From an uncultured Clostridium sp. (lineage in GTDB: Bacteria; Bacillota; Clostridia; Oscillospirales; CAG-272): DNA of 43,776 bases. Where the stretch lies: contig CAYXBU010000003.1 in the NCBI GenBank assembly GCA_964463245.1, positions 1 through 43,776 on the forward strand, in the 5' to 3' direction. Shown here piece by piece: positions 42,045-43,776 of this stretch. The notes beneath the pieces are model-generated. The model saw only the letters and a list, made by a program, of their open reading frames with translations, was not told the origin of the DNA and did not search any database. Position numbers and translations under genes: made by a program. Within the stretch, counting starts at the first letter, position 1, and the number at the start of each line of letters is the position of its first letter.

Positions 42045-43776
42045 ATGAGCACGATCTCCCGCCGCCTGACCGCGTGGATAGCCATATCCGCCCTGCTCCT
42101 GACTTCCCTGCTGTGCCTGACCCCGCTCGGGGTGTCGGCCGAGCCCATCCTGACCACCGACAAGACCACCTACAACGAGGGGGAGGACATCCTCGTGACG
42201 GCGGTCGGCTCCGGCGCCGACTGGGTCGGGCTGTATCCCGCCGGCGATCCTGTCCCGGGGAACGGGAACCCCTCTGTCCTCTGGTACTATGTCGCCCGTG
42301 ACGGTAACATCTCCGGGACGGCTAAGAACATCCGTCGGGCGGAGTATTCTGCTTCAAGTCGGGCGGACTACCTGAGCATTCCCGCCGGGGACTACATCAT
42401 CTACCTCTGCGCCAATGACGGCTACAGTGTCCTCGCGCAGGTCAAGATCACGGTGTGTCCCACCGACGGCTCGGATGCACCTCCTGCCGCTCCGTCCTCG
42501 GCTGTCTACACCTCCGCTGACCTCGGTGCCGGTCGCGCCGACGGAAAGCTGACCGTCACGCGGGGAGAGGGGCTTGCCCCGACCTCCTACATCGCCTACT
42601 GGGCGAATGAGAACGGCCGTCTGGAGGGCTGGAGCGAGGCCACCACCTTTGTCTGCAGCGGCGAGACCACCACGGCCTCTTTAGCCGCCAACACCCTGAT
42701 CCCCGCAGGTGCCGACCGCCTTCTGGTCTATGGCCTGACCCGCTACGCGCAGTCCGAGACCTTCGCCGTGGCCATGCTTCCCGAGGGCGCGGCGGATTTC
42801 GATCCGGGCGAGCTGTTGGGTGAACTGCAGGTCATGAGCGACATCCACATCAACGCCTCGGACTCCCACCTGCACAATCAGCACTTCGCCGCCGCACTGG
42901 AGGACATCAAGACCCTGTCTCCCAACAGCATGGGGCTGTTCATCAACGGAGACATCGCCGACCACGGTCAAGCGGTAGAGTACTCTGCCTACCGACGGCT
43001 CCTGAAGCGGGCGGGTGACGGCATCCCGCCGACATACGCCGCCATGGGCAACCATGACTTCAACGGCGGTCTGAACGCCGCCGGGCAGATCCGCCAATTC
43101 CTGGACGGGACCGGCAACGATTCCGAGACGGTATGGTTCGACCGCTGGATCAACGGGTATCACTTCATCTTCCTCAGCGGCGAGGCCGCGGGCGGGAACG
43201 CCGAGCTGTCCCGCACCCAGCTGGACTGGCTGGACGAGACTCTGGCCAAGGATCGTGTCGAGGGGCGGCCGTCCTTCGTGTTCCTGCACCAGGGCTTGAT
43301 GAACACCGTCGCGGGTACCTTCCAGTACCAGAACTGGCACGGTGTCAACCAGTCCGCCGAGATGCGCCGCATCCTCAAGAAGTACCCCGAGGCCGTGCTC
43401 TTCTCGGGACACAGCCACTGGACCTTCGAGTCCGAGATGACGGTCAAGCCCGCTGATGACGAGCTGCCCACCGTGGTCAGCACCGCCTCCTGCGCCTACC
43501 TCTGGGACGATACCTGCATTGCGACCAACGTCGGCATCACCGGCTCGGAAGGCTTCTACCTCTACCTGTACGAGAATTACATGATCCTGCGCGGACGCAG
43601 CTACGACCGCGGCGAGTGGATCGGCTCGGCGCAGTTCATCGTAACCCTCAAGGAGCCCGGCGAGTCCACCCTGCCGGGCACCGAGCCTGTGACCGAACCT
43701 GTGACCGAACCCGTGACCGAACCCGTGACCGAGCCTGCAACGCAACCCGAGACCGCCTCCGAGCCTCAGTCCGAGA
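42045..43776 (+). CDS. Secreted calcineurin-like metallophosphoesterase with Pro/Thr/Glu stalk (partial, runs off the window)
   Basis: Absent from the ORF track because it has no stop. Manual translation from ATG 42045 (GGAGG RBS) gives signal peptide MSTISRRLTAWIAISALLLTSLLCLTPLGVSA, motifs SDIH, NGD, GNHD, FLHQ and SGHSH, then TEPV repeats. Confidence 0.88.
   Translation, partial: MSTISRRLTAWIAISALLLTSLLCLTPLGVSAEPILTTDKTTYNEGEDILVTAVGSGADWVGLYPAGDPVPGNGNPSVLWYYVARDGNISGTAKNIRRAEYSASSRADYLSIPAGDYIIYLCANDGYSVLAQVKITVCPTDGSDAPPAAPSSAVYTSADLGAGRADGKLTVTRGEGLAPTSYIAYWANENGRLEGWSEATTFVCSGETTTASLAANTLIPAGADRLLVYGLTRYAQSETFAVAMLPEGAADFDPGELLGELQVMSDIHINASDSHLHNQHFAAALEDIKTLSPNSMGLFINGDIADHGQAVEYSAYRRLLKRAGDGIPPTYAAMGNHDFNGGLNAAGQIRQFLDGTGNDSETVWFDRWINGYHFIFLSGEAAGGNAELSRTQLDWLDETLAKDRVEGRPSFVFLHQGLMNTVAGTFQYQNWHGVNQSAEMRRILKKYPEAVLFSGHSHWTFESEMTVKPADDELPTVVSTASCAYLWDDTCIATNVGITGSEGFYLYLYENYMILRGRSYDRGEWIGSAQFIVTLKEPGESTLPGTEPVTEPVTEPVTEPVTEPATQPETASEPQSE
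43680..43739 (+). repeat. 12-bp tandem repeat (TEPV x4, then TEPA)
   Basis: accga(g/a)cc(t/c)gtg repeated. Confidence 0.85.

Noticed and set aside
42681-43745. 354-aa minus-strand ORF
   Set aside because: It is the shadow of the plus-strand metallophosphoesterase, which has an RBS, promoter, signal peptide and catalytic motifs.

Overview
High-GC chromosomal window from a spore-forming Clostridia-class bacterium (inferred from spoIIGA-sigE, SCIFF scfAB, proBAC, Hsp33 and Firmicutes-type sigma-A and sigma-E promoters). It holds about 38 CDS, mostly housekeeping and sporulation genes: Ca2+ P-type ATPase, MATE, Y-family polymerase with YolD partner, decarboxylase, scfAB, rubredoxin, NamZ, SpoVB-like flippase, BadF-type kinase, spoIIGA-sigE, yajC, hslO, CwlD-like amidase, proBAC, rsmA and nadE. 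A secreted metallophosphoesterase runs off the right edge and is missing from the ORF track. I saw no rRNA, tRNA, CRISPR array, transposase or integrase. The best leads are: (1) a Zn-ribbon/TPR/TIR/SEL1-repeat protein with homogenised but site-hypervariable repeats, facing an ADP-ribosylglycohydrolase; (2) a DUF5685-like protein with two isoprenoid-synthase-like Asp motifs, in an operon with a J-domain protein that has a Cys-rich tail; (3) a stand-alone ScfB N-terminal (RRE-like) mini-protein at the usual yajC-linked SCIFF site, while intact scfAB lies about 9 kb away; (4) a MATE-polY-EamA-YolD operon with a leader terminator and no visible LexA box; (5) a structured nadE leader; (6) a Gly-Cys C-terminal sorting-like tail on a repeat surface protein. 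All family calls come from motif recognition by eye; no searches were run.
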